A DNA stretch of 59,019 nt, the filler included, from Catajapyx aquilonaris (taxonomy: Eukaryota), in assembly GCA_000934665.2 (NCBI GenBank). It is 2 parts of 2 records of this genome, joined end to end, with 100 filler letters (N's around TTAATTAATTAA, not from the genome) between each part and the next. Parts side by side here need not be neighbours in the genome. Positions count along the whole stretch, not along the records: positions 1 to 29,455 come from JYFJ02004789.1; 1 more part is not named here. One strand, 5' to 3'. This document shows, one piece after another, positions 10,901 through 23,515 of this stretch. A program made the translations under genes and the position numbers. Every line of letters begins with the position of its first letter. Position 1 is the stretch's first letter. The notes beneath the pieces are model-generated. The model was not told where the DNA came from. It saw only the letters and a list, made by a program, of their open reading frames with translations, and did not search any database.

Positions 10901-12795
10901 ATGGGGCAGAACCTGACAAGACATGTCCGAAGAATTACTTCCCTCCGGTGGCCATTGCCGCAACTTATGGTTATCACAAAATACTCAGTTGCCTGCTTAA
11001 AGCCAAGGCTGATATCACAAAAGCATCGGTTTCTAGTAAGCAAACCGTGCTACACCTAATCGCTTTGCGGGGGTTCCCATGTATCGGAAACGATCAGGAT
11101 TACGATAAATGTTTAGAAGAAGTGATGAAGAACCCGCCGGCAATCGACGCACGGGATAGGTTTGGAAATACTGCTTTGCATTACGCTGCCGGTAATGGAA
11201 ACAAGAAAACAATAATAACACTTCTGCATGCAGGGGCGTCTTGGGGCGCGAAAAGCTATTTGGGCGAAACACCGTTGTCCATAATACCACCGGACACTAT
11301 CCAAGAGTTCCTGGACGAGTGCATTGTCGAACAGGACAAAGCTCCTAAGTCGGAAGAGATTCAATTGACATTCAAGTACGAATTCTTAGAACCGAGAAGA
11401 AAAGCAAGTCCAGCAGGTTCGAATCCTGATCCTGAGAAGCAAGATTCGGAGACACATGATCCGAACCTTTCAGAAACAAAAGAGTTATGGTATCTCTGGC
11501 ACTCTAGCAAGCATCAGAATTTGCTGAAGCACCCTGTACTCTCCAGCTTCCTTCACTTGAAGTTCCAGTGCATCCGCTATTTCTACTACTTCAACATGCT
11601 GGTACACACCATTTTTGTTTTGCTGTTGACGTATTACTTGCACCTGTCGTTTGCTACTTCTGAACCTGGATCCCAATCTTCCAGGTACGTCATTGCTTCG
11701 GTCAACGCAATATTCTTCCTGTTCATTGTCCTACGAGAAGTGATTCAGATGTCCGTGTCTCTCAAGCGTTACATGATCAGCTTCGAAAACATATGCGAAT
11801 CAGCCCTGATTGTGCTGACTATTCTGGTGGTGTACTGCCCGATAGAGATAGAAACCAAGCGCCACCTGGCTCCCTTCCTGATGCTCCTGGCCTGGTGCGA
11901 GGTCCTCTTCATCCTGGGACAACATCCGAGTCTCTCCACCTACATGACCATGTTCGCCACCGTCAGCATTAGTTACATCAAGTTTCTGGCCACGTTTTCC
12001 CTCCTGATATGCGCGTTTGCTCTGAGCTTCTCCCTGGTATTTTACAAATGCGAAAAAGCGTCTGACTGCGATGCATTTCACTACTTCCCAACATCGGTGC
12101 TGCGTACCTGCGTCATGATGATTGGCGAATTCGAGTTTGGTTTATTGCCTTTTTCTGCCCTACCAGGCACATCACAGTTCATATTATTCCTCTTCCTCTT
12201 CCTCGTCGTCATTGTCCTTTTGAATCTTCTGAATGGTTTGGCCGTCAGTGACACCCAAGCCATACTTGACCGTGCTGAATTAGTCGGATGTGGCTCGCGT
12301 CTCCAGCTCATCTCATACATCGAGTGTACAGCGTTGGGCGAAACCATGCCCTTCTTCTCGAAATGGGGTCCGTTTGAATGGATGCGACACTTGCCTGACT
12401 GCTCCTTGTACAGTGTATGCCATAAAGTACCCAACCTGCGCCGACTTATGCGTCACTTCAAATTCGGCAACACAGTGCTCCTGTTTCCTCGTCTTCCAAA
12501 GATGCAGCTTAAGGTGACTTTTTCAGACACCATCAAAGTGCATCCTGAGAGGTTCTATCTAGACAAGTCGGTTGCCGAAGCAGCCAGGGCGGTTGTTCTG
12601 GAAAATAAGAGGCGTGCCAAGAAAAATATAGGTTCCAGGGATATCCAAGAGCGGCTGGACACGTTGGAGAAAAATATGAACAGTAATACGGAAAAAATGC
12701 GCAGTGACATGGACAAGATCAGCAGCAATATGGAAAGGATAAGCAACAAAATTGACGCCTTGATTGGCGCAATGGAAGCCAAATGCAGTGATTAA
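7924..12795 (+). CDS. pain: TRPA-family cation channel painless, copy 1 (exons 7924-8070, 10189-12795)
   Basis: Ankyrin repeats (GKTALHL, GATPVHMA, GNTALHYAA), pre-S1 LLKHPVLSSFLHLK, six TM segments, pore MMIGEFEF, S6/TRP-like LLNLLNGLAVSDTQAI (painless-type rather than pyrexia/wtrw-type) and a C-terminal coiled coil. The phase-0 intron CAG|GTCAGT...TTCAG|ATC joins a 49-codon first exon in frame. Confidence 0.9.
8247..9452. mobile_element. 1.2-kb foldback / non-autonomous DNA transposon in intron of painless copy 1
   Basis: Near-perfect inverted arms 8247-8750 and 8939-9452. Termini CAAGGG...CCCTTG with a 3-bp direct repeat TCA (8244-8246, 9453-9455) and an internal (GTCC)n. The paralogous empty site is visible at about 18860-18875. 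Confidence 0.9.
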
Positions 12796-13439
12796 ACGTT
12801 CAGTCGAGTTTACCATGCTATATGATACAGCATTGATACGTCGCAGTTGATAAAATGTGCTTACGTATCATTCCAAAATATATTGTACGCCCATATAATT
12901 ATTGCCTCATGACATTCTTGTAATCCTTTAAGCTCAAGTTCTAATTCAAGCGTATCTGATTATGGTCAATGTGTGAAAAAATGTGACACATCAAAGTGAC
13001 CAGTTTCGAAATAAGAAAACCTTTACTAATATTATCGAAGCGTTGCTCTTCTAATAACGTATTTATCCCTAATTCCGTGACTCTGTTACTAATGACAAAT
13101 GGACGTAAAATAAAGTTACTGATGACAAAACGTAAATTTTTCTCCAATTTCTTGCAAGATGCTAACAAAGCTGAGCCCAGTTGTAAGGACCTGTCCCGAC
13201 CTATCTTCTTGCAATCTGATCACTTATGGAATGCAGACCAAATAAAATAGAGTGTGGTTAATGTTCTATAATTTTCCGAACAATGGATCGATAGTAGTGT
13301 ACATTAAAAAGCCACAAAATGTAAAGAAAGTTAACATGTTAGGAAGAAAAACAGCTTTTTCTCCAAAAAAATGCATTTTTCCGGAAATGAAGTTGGTTTT
13401 TTTCGTCATTCAAAATTCCCTGCTTTTTTACAACACTTA

Positions 13440-13820
13440 TTCATGACCAACTGCCTTTGACCTTGCGCGGATTCCTCAGTGTGCACGACCTTCATTTGTA
13501 CTACATTCCCACAGTAATTCCCACCAGGGGCGCACATGTTTTACCAGAGTCTGGTAGTCAGTGGTCACGCAGTCTGGTCTACAGTAAACAACAGGACGGA
13601 CTTCCATCTACCACACTGCACACCAACAGGTGACCTTATACCGGACAATAGGCGCCTCTATGTAATATTGCATAAACAATCGGATTGGTCAAGAGAGACA
13701 AAGTGAAAGTACCAACAAAGGTAGTCCACTTTTTTAAAAGCATGGATTGTTTTCTCCTTGAAAGCGAAGGAATATGTACCTTCAATTCATGAATTATTAA
13801 TTATCTGTTGTTTCCCACAG
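13440..13820 (+). promoter_or_regulatory. Conserved 5' module of painless copy 2
   Basis: Homologous to the other modules. Contains CCACCAGGGGCGC, a TCAGT Inr-like motif, donor AAAG|GTAG at 13721 and an acceptor at 13820. Confidence 0.65.
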
Positions 13821-13829
13821 TGTTGAAAG

Positions 13830-16800
13830 ATGAGTGACAGCGACGAGTCAGCCAGAGAAGACACGGCTCTACAATCAGACAGTGGTCCACAGGATGCCAT
13901 CAAGAGACCAACACTCATGCAGCTGATCATGATGGAAGACCTGCAAGGCTTCCGATATGCCCTGACACGTGCCAAAATAGAGCAGGTCAGTTTCTCATTG
14001 GTCAGGTGCGGGTAATGCACGAATAATGGCTCATAATAAAATGGTTGATGGGGTAAACAATTCGTAACATTTTCACTGCCCTCGACTCTATTCGAGTCAG
14101 GTTGAGGAGGGACAAAATTGTGAGAATATTTTTGCCGCTTCTTTTCACACTAATGATACTATAAGATTTTCATGAAGGTTACGTTATGGAAAAATGGACA
14201 TATCTTGCAAGAAAATCCTCTGGCTCCGTTGGCATAATAAACGTATTAAAGTACTTGGATGTAAAAGATATGCGAATGTCCAGAAATAAATACAGTACCT
14301 TTCGTTATTTAAAAAAACTTCCAGCAGATTAACTTTGACGATGATCGATTCTTGTCCCTGTATATGCATGGTGTCAGCATGTATTATTTCTGAAACAAAA
14401 AAGGGTGTTAAAGTCACAATTGCAAGAATTAAATATTATTCTCAAAACTAAATCTAACATTAAATTCCAACACAATATTCTTAGAAAGTCACTAACATTT
14501 TGTGATCGAATCAATTATCCTGCATATTATCACACTTGAGGTGGGTTTCGACATTGTAACATGTAACGCGATTTTTAAAATTTCGCATGTGCTCTTTTGA
14601 TCAATATAATAATTAACCGAAATCTGGCTTTTTATAACGTAAGGGTCTGGTTTCTATTATTTCTTCCTCAGTATATCTTCAAGCCCCTTCTATCCAGATG
14701 TACTTATTTAAATGGGAACACATCACCAGTCAGTCTCTTTATGGATAGGCTACATGACTAGAGTGTGGTTCTCACTTGAGCTAAACTTCAGCAGTATAAG
14801 ATAATTGCCAATTGTTGTGGATATCGCGAATAAAACCGCGGTACTAATCCCTCTGTACCTATTCAGATCAACGCAGAGTACGACAGGTCATACACGTGCT
14901 TGGAATATGCCATCGAAAGTGATTTGGTGGACTTTGTCCCCTATCTTCTAAAGTACGGTGCCGACCCCCAGAGGTACAACACCACCAGAGACGGAAATGC
15001 CATACTCTTCGCAGCCAAGAAGGGACAAGACAAGGTGCTCAAGTGGTTCCTCTTGCGTGACATCGACCTTCGGTGTACCAACAACCGAGGGAGAAACGCG
15101 TTGCACCTGGTGGTCGAAACAGGTGTGGCTAGCTTGAAGACGTCGATGGACAACGGCCGTATACTCCGATGCCTGAACATCCTTCTGGAGGACACCAGAA
15201 TGGACATTGACTTGGTGGACAACGATGGAGTGACACCGTTACACTTGGCAGTAGTCGGAGGATGGTGGGAAGGCGTGGAGGCCATACTGAAGCACGAGCC
15301 GGACCTGGACGTGGAAGTGGAAGGACGTACCGCCAGAGAAGTACTGGAATATGACTGCCCTGATCTTCTCAAATTAGCAAAGCCAAAAGGTACCCTCAAA
15401 CCAAGATGGAACTACCTGAAGAAGATGATGTTCAAAGCTCTATACGACCGGGATACGGGCAATTTCGTGAGCATGGTACAGGATGCGTCCGATCTAAATG
15501 CCGATGTTGTAATATACACATTTCTGCAATTAGCCTGCAAAAACGGCTTGTACGAATGCGTCAAAACACTGCTGGATAATGGGGCAGAACCTGACAAAAC
15601 ATGTCGGAAGAATCACTTCGCTCCGGTGGCCATTGCTGCAGCTTATGGTTATCACAAAATACTCAGTTGCCTGCTGAGAACCAAGGCTGACATCACAAAA
15701 TCATCGGCTTCTAGTAAGCAAACCGTACTACACTTAATCGCTTTGCGGGGATTCCCATGTATGGGAAAAGATCAGGATTACGATAAATGTTTAGAAGAAG
15801 TGATGAAGAACCAGCCAGAAATCGACGCACGAGATAGGTTTGGAAATACTGCTTTGCATTACGCTGCCGGTAATGGAAACAAGAAAACAATAATAACACT
15901 TCTGCATGCAGGGGCGTCTTGGGGGGCGAAAAGCTATTTGGGCGAAATACCGTTGTCCATCATACCACCGGAAACTATCCAACAGTTCCTGGACGAGTGC
16001 ATTGTCGAACCGGACAAAGCTCCCAAGTCGGAAGAGATTCAATTGACATTCAAGTACGAGTTCTTAGAGCCGAGAAGAAAAGCAAGTTCGGCAGGTTCGA
16101 ATCCTGATCCTGAGAAGCAAGATTCGGAGACACATGATCCGAACCTTTCAGAAACAAAAGAGTTGTGGTATCTCTGGCACTCTAGCAAGCACCAGAATTT
16201 GCTGAAACACCCTGTACTCTCCAGCTTCCTTCACTTAAAGTTCCAGTGCATCCGTAATTTGTATTACTTCAATCTGCTGGTGCACACCATTTTCGTTTTG
16301 CTGTTGACGTATTACTTGCACCTGTCGTTTGCTACTTCTGAACCTGGATCCCAATCTTCCAGGTACGTCATTGCTTCGGTCAACGCAATATTCTTCCTGT
16401 TCATTGTCCTACGAGAAGTGATTCAGATGTCCGTGTCTCTCAAGCGTTACATGATCAGCTTCGAAAACATATGCGAATCAGTCTTGATTGTCCTGACTAT
16501 TCTGGTGGTGTACTGCCCGATAAAGATAGAATCCAGGCGCCATCTGGCTCCCTTCCTGATGCTCCTGGCCTGGTGCGAGGTCCTCTTCATCCTGGGACAA
16601 CACCCGAGCCTCTCCACCTACATGACCATGTTTGGCACCGTCAGCATCAGCTACCTCAAGTTTCTAGCCACGTTTTCCGTCCTGATATGCGCGTTTGCTC
16701 TGAGCTTCTCCCTGGTGTTCTACAAGTGCGAAAGAGCGTCTGACTGCGATGCATTTCACTACTTTCCAACATCGGTGCTGCGTACCTGCGTCATGATGTT

Positions 16801-17494
16801 TGGCGAGTTCGAGTTCGGGTCATTGCCCTTTTTTGTTCTACCAGGCACCTCCCAGCTGATATTCTTCCTCTTCATTTTCCTCGTCGTCACTGTCCTGTTG
16901 AATCTTCTGAATGGTTTGGCCGTCAGTGACACCCAAGCCATACTAGACCGCGCTGAACTAATCGGGTGCGGATCGCGTCTCCAGCTCATCTCATACATCG
17001 AGTGCACAGCGTTGGGCGAACCCATGCCTTTCTTCTCGAAATGGGGTCCGTTTGAATGGATGCGACAGTTGCCTGACTGCTCCTTGTACAGCGTGTGCCA
17101 CAAAGTACCTAAACTGCGCCGACTTATGCGTCGCTTCAAATTCGGCAACACAGTGCTCCTGTTTCCTCGTCTTCCAAATATGCAGCTTAATGTGACGTTT
17201 TCAGACACTATCAAAGTGCGTCCTGAGAGTTTCTATCTAGACAAGCCGGTTGCAGAAGCAGCCAGGGGGGTGGTTCTGGAAAAGAAGAGGCGTGCCAAGG
17301 AAAATATAGGTTCCAGGGATATCCAAGAGCGGCTTGACACGCTGGAGAAAAATATGAAAAGTATTACGGAAAAGATGCGCAGTGACATGGAAAAGATCAG
17401 CAGCAATATGGAAAGGATGTGCAGCAATATGGAAAGTATGAGCAACAAAATGGACGCCTTGATTCGCGGAATGGAAGCCAAAGACGGTGATTAA
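13830..17494 (+). CDS. pain: TRPA-family cation channel painless, copy 2 (exons 13830-13985, 14867-17494)
   Basis: Same domain architecture and splice sites as copy 1. A 52-codon first exon (MSDSDESARE...) joins an uninterrupted second exon in frame. Pore MMFGEFEF. Confidence 0.9.
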
Positions 17495-18111
17495 ACGTCC
17501 AGTCGAATTCATGTGATACAGTGTTGAGTGTTGACCAGTCGCAGTCGATAAAATGTGGTTATGTATCATTCCCAAATTATTTTCTCGCACTATAATAAAT
17601 TATTTCCTCATGACATTGTAATCCTTTAAGCTCAAGTTCTGATTAAAGCGTATCTGATTATGGTCAATGCTTGATAAAATGTGACACAGCAAGGGAATAA
17701 ACCAGTCTAGACAAAAGAATGAGAACATTTTCTAATATTGTCGAAGCGTCGCTATACTTGTATTTTTCACTTATTCCATGTCAAACTTACTAATGACAAA
17801 AGGAAATAAAATAAACGGTTACTGATGAAAATTTTTAATATTTCTGCAATTTCATGCAAGATGCCAACAAAGCTCACCCTGTAAGATGTAGCGTAGGGAA
17901 TTTTCTTTAATTTCTGCTATTATTATTAATTATTTTGTATCGTCTGAACAATTATATACAATTAAAAACTCGATACTGCATATAAAAACCCAAACATTGC
18001 GAAAAGGGTCAACATTTTTTAAAAAAATACTCCCCCCCCCCCAAAAAAAAATCCGGAAATAAAGCCAGTTTTTTCCGGCCCATTCAAAATATCCGGCTTT
18101 TCTACGATACT

Positions 18112-18499
18112 ATTCATGACCAACCACCGCACCGTTGACCTTGCGATGATTCTTGAGTCCGCACGACCTTCATTTGTACTACATTCCCAGTAACTCCCAC
18201 CAGGGGCGCACATGTTTTACCACCTTGTAGTCAGTGGTCAGCACGCAGTCTGGTCTACAGTAAACAACAGGACGGACTTCCATCTACCACACTGCACAGA
18301 AACCGGTGACCTCAGACCACGCAATTTTGTGCATCAAGAAGGTAATTGTATAAATACTCAGATTGTTCAAGGCAGGCAGAGGGAAAGTAGCTTCAAAGGT
18401 AGGTCACTTTTTTATATAGAAAAGCATGGATTGTTTGTTCCTTGCATGAGATGGGTTATGCCTTCATTTTCTGACTAATATATATGTTCTTTCCCGCAG
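18112..18499 (+). promoter_or_regulatory. Conserved 5' module of painless copy 3
   Basis: Homologous to the other modules, with donor AAAG|GTAGG at 18399 and an acceptor at 18499. Confidence 0.65.
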
Positions 18500-18508
18500 T
18501 GTTGAAAG

Positions 18509-21500
18509 ATGAGTGACAGCGACGAGTCAGTAGGAGAGGACACGGTTCTACGATTCGGTAGTAGTCCCCAGGATGCCAACAGGAGACCAACACTCATGCA
18601 GATGATCATGATGGAAGACCTGCAAGGCTTCCGATTTGCCTTGGCATGTGCCAAAAAAGAGCAGGTCAGTTTCTCATTGGTCAGGTGCAGGGAATGCAGA
18701 ATAACCGCTCATAAAAATGGGTGCTGGGGTAAACAATTCGTAACATTTTCACTATACCCTCGACTTGGACAGTGGACTTGGATCTCGAGAATATTCCAGT
18801 CAGATTGAGGAGTAACAAAATTGTGGCAATATTTTGTCGCCTCTTCTCACACTGAACTGGCATGACACTGAGATTTTCATAAAGGTTTCATTACGGGCAA
18901 ATGGATATTTCATGGAAAAAATGCTCTGGCACATTTAGCATCATAAATTAAAATGTTGGCATGGGAAGGATATGTGAATGTCCAGAAATAGGTACCTTTA
19001 GTTATTTAACAAAATATAGCAGATAACTTTCACTTAAATATTGTCTCCATACACTGCATGCATGTTGGCACCCTGATTTATTTCGGAAACCAAGGAATGG
19101 TGCTGAAGTCACACAATATATTGCAAGAATGACTCTCCAAACCAATATAACAATTCAAACACAATATCGTATTCTGAGTAAGTCACTACCATTTTGTGAT
19201 CGAATCAATTATCCTGTACATTATCACACTTATGGGGGCTTATTGCTACATTGAAACATGTAAGATGTAACTCGACATTTAAAATCTCGCATGTGCTCTT
19301 TTTCCAATAACGATTACTAATCCCTCTGTACCCATTCAGATCAACGCCGAGTACGACGGGTCATACACGTGCTTGGAATATGCCATCGAAAGTGATTTGG
19401 TGCACTTTGTCCCCTATCTTCTGAAGTACGGTGCCGACCCCCAGAGGTACAACACCACCAGAGACGGAAATGCCATACTCTTCGCAGCCAAGAAGGGACA
19501 GGAGAGGGTGCTCAAGTGGTTCCTCTTACGTGACATCGACCTTCGGTGTACCAACAGCAGAGGAAGAACCGCGTTGCATCTGGTGGTTGAGAGAGGAGTG
19601 TCCAGCTTGAAGGTGCCGATGGACAACGCCCGTATATTCCGCTGCCTGAACATCCTTCTGGAGGACACCAGAATGGACATTGATTTGGTGGACAACGATG
19701 GAGTGACACCGTTACATTTGGCGGCAGTTGGAGGATGGTGGGAAGGCGTGGAGGCCATACTGAAGCACGAGCCGGACCTGGACGTGGAGGTGGAAGGACG
19801 TACCGCCAGAGAGGTCCTGGAAGATGACTGTCCCGACCTTCTCAAATTAGCAAAGCCAAAAGGAACCCTCAAACCAAGATGGAATTACCTGAAGAAGAGG
19901 ATGTTCAAAGCGCTGTACGATCGGGACACGGCCAATTTCGTGAGCACGGTACCGGATGCGTCCGATCTAAATGCCGATGATGGAACATACACATTTCTGC
20001 AATTAGCCTGCAAAAACGGCTTGTACGACTGCGTCAAAGTTCTACTGGGAAATGGGGCCAAACCTGACCAAACATGTCCAAACAACAGCGTCCCTCCGAT
20101 AGCCTTCGCCGCAACACACGGCTATCACAAAATACTCAGCTGCCTGATTAAATACAAGACTGATATCACAAAATCATCGACTTCTGGTAAGCAAACGGTG
20201 CTGCACCTAATCGCTTTGCGGGGGTTTCCATCTATCCGCAAAGATCAGGATTACGACAAATGTTTAGAAGCAGTGATATATAACCCGCCTGAAATCGACG
20301 CACCTGATGAGTTTGCCAACACTGCTTTGCATTACGCTGCCGAGAATGGAGACAAAAAAACTATAATAACCCTTCTGCGTCATGGGGCGTCGTTGGGAGC
20401 GAAGAACCGACAAGGGGAAATACCGTTGTCCATTATACCACCGGAAACTATCCAAGAGTTCCTGGACGAATGTATATACGAACCGTTGAAAGCCCCTAAG
20501 TCGGACAAGATTCAATTATCATTCAGGTACAAGTTCTTGTGGCCCAGAAAAAAATCTAATCTATGTTCGTATTCTGATCCCGAAATGCATCAGGATGAGG
20601 AGAAACAGGACTACAACCTTTCCGAAACAACAGAGTTGTGGTATCTCTGGCAGTCGAGCAAGCACCAGCACTTGCTGAAGCACCCTGTACTCTCCAGCTT
20701 CCTTCACTTGAAGTTCCAGTGCATAGAAGGCATCTTCTACTTCAACCTGATGATCCACACCATTTTTGTTTTGCTGTTGACGTATAACTTGCACTTGTCA
20801 TTTTCTACTTCTGAACCCGGATCCCAGTCCTCCAGGTACGTCACCGCCTCGGTCAACTCAATATTCTTCCTGTTCATTGTCCTACGTGAACTGGTTCAGA
20901 TGGCCGTGTCTCTCAAGCGGTACCTGATCAGCTTCGCAAACATATGTGAATCAGCCCTCATTGTCCTGACTATTCTGGTGGTGTACAGCCCCATAGAGCC
21001 AGAATCCAAGCGCCATCTGGCTCCCTTCCTGATGCTGCTGGCCTGGTGTGAGCTTCTCTTCATCCTGGGACAGCATCCGAGTCTCTCCACATACATGACC
21101 ATGTTCGCCACAGTTGGGATCAGCTACGTCAAGTTTCTAGCCACATTTTCCTTCCTGATATGCGCGTTTGCCCTAAGCTTCTCCCTGGTATTTTACAAAT
21201 GCGAAAAAGCGTCTGACTGTGAGGCATTTCACTATTTTCCAACATCGGTGCTGCGTACCTGCGTCATGATGTTTGGCGAATTCGAGTTCGATTCATTGCC
21301 TTTCGCCGCCGTACCTGGCACCTCCGAGTTCATCTTCTTCCTCTTCCTTTTCCTTGTAGTCATCGTCCTCCTGAACCTTCTGAATGGTTTGGCCGTCAGT
21401 GACACCCAATCCGTACGAGACCGCGCCGAACTAGTAGGGTGCGGATCTCGTCTCCAGCTCATCTCATACATCGAGTGCACAGCTTTGGGCGAAACCATGC

Positions 21501-21925
21501 CCTTCACCTCCGGATGGGGTCCGTATGAATGGATACGACATTTGCCTGACTTCTCCTTGTACAGCGTATTCCACAAATTCCCCAAACTGCGCCGACTTAT
21601 TCGTCACTTCACGTTTGGCCACACTGTGCTGCTGTTCCCTCGTTTGGCATGGAAGCAGCTTCGGGTTACCTTTTCAGACACGATCGAGGTTCGTCCTAGG
21701 AGGTTCTACCTAGACATGTCAATTGCAGAAGCCGCGAAGGCCGTGGTGCTGGAGAGGAAGAGGCGAGCCAAGGAAAATGGAGGTTCCAGGGATATCCAGG
21801 AGAGGCTGGATGCGCTGGAGAAAAAGATGGACAGTAATATGGATAAGATTAGCAGTGATATGGAAAAACTTGGCAGCAAAATGGACGCCTTGATTCGCGC
21901 AATGAAAGACAAGGACGGCGAATAA
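18509..21925 (+). CDS. pain: TRPA-family cation channel painless, copy 3 (exons 18509-18664, 19340-21925)
   Basis: Same architecture and splice sites as copies 1 and 2, intact ORF, pore MMFGEFEFD. Confidence 0.9.
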
Positions 21926-23515
21926 ACATCCAGTCGAGTGTATCACTGTGATAATTGACGTATCAAAAAAAAAAAAAGTGCTGGTTTTGTGTCCTTCCGA
22001 ATCATTAATATTTACATGCGATAATCAATATTCCAAACCGATGAACGGCGACAATTGGGATAAAACAAGTTATTAAAAAATGCGAACATTTTCTATAAAT
22101 AATACTCTGTATTGTCGACGAGTAGTTGCTCCAATGCCAAACAGAAAAATAAATGATGACTGATGACAAAATGTGATTCTTTTTTCTGAAAGATGCCATC
22201 ATCATCGTTGGTGGCGAGTAATTCAACTACATTGTCTCTATTTCACGAAGGTAAGTAAGGAAAAGGCGGTCATCCAGATTGTGTTCATTGCTGGAGTAGC
22301 CTACTGCTCTTGGTAATTTATAAATATGATTTGCATGAGGAAATTGGCCATAAAAAGACAAATACAAATTGTGATTCATGATTAACTTTGTTAAGGCAAT
22401 TAACCAAGATGGGCTGGCTTTAAGGTGCGGTATGTATACCGGTAAGCTTATCTTTAGAAAATTTCCAATGCTCACTGATGCCAAAAATAATAATGGAAGG
22501 TGTATTTGCTGGCCTTCAAATCCTTACATTAACTTCTTAAGGATACACCATTCAGTTAAACGCACAAAGCAATGAGAAAAAAATCATACCCCGTTATCAG
22601 CCAACTATGTTTAACTAATATAAAATAGGCAGTTAAATAGCAAAAAATAGCTACATTAGTGTGACATGTATTTTGGACCACACTGTAAGCACTGCATACT
22701 ACATGCTTGTGATAATAATCACTCACTTATTTTCAGTACCAAAGAGATAACCTCCGAAACTAAACTTGGCCTTACCAACTTGCACTTGGTCGCGGTTTGG
22801 CGCACTGCCTGCCAAGAAACCGCGGTGTTTGGTCAATGTGAGAGACGCATTTTGTCTGCATTGCAGCACATTAGAGCTAATGTAGTAGGCTAGCTACATC
22901 CTACATGCGATTGAAATTTGAAAACTAACTAGGGATTAGGTATACGCACTATTTTTAAATACAATTTCGGGTCCTGTTCTCTGCTCGAGTGAAACCGACT
23001 TTTTCACCACCAGTAGATTATTAAGCTACTGCTCAGGAAGAATATCAAAAGACTGATGGAAGTGGTGGAAATATTATTAATATTTAAGTGCATCGGTACA
23101 GATTCTTCCAAAATGTCTCAGTGAAATTCCAGTTAAAATCTTGATATTTCCAGTAAGTGCCACAAATATGGATACCTTATTTATTAATCGAGAATTACAT
23201 TTCCATTGTTATTTTCTCTGTTAGTTGTATATAAAAATTCAGCCATACGTGCGAGTTGAATCTCACGTTTTTGTGATGCAAAATGTTCCACCCCTGCTTC
23301 AGGACCAGTATTACATTTTTATGGTGCGAATTTTTCCTCAGATGATTGTTATGTTACTTTCGGGGGTTTCTATTGTGGAACACTACTAATTTTATCAAGC
23401 ATTATACAGTTCTTAAAATGATTCGCTTTTATTAGTGTTTGATCTGTCACATAATTGACATAAGGCAATAAGTCGAAAATGGCCTGAAGCCCGATTTGTC
23501 GATTGCTGCCAAAGT

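Noticed and set aside
13518..13534. Definite CTCF site
   Set aside because: One G short of the canonical core, so it is kept only as a remark within the conserved module.
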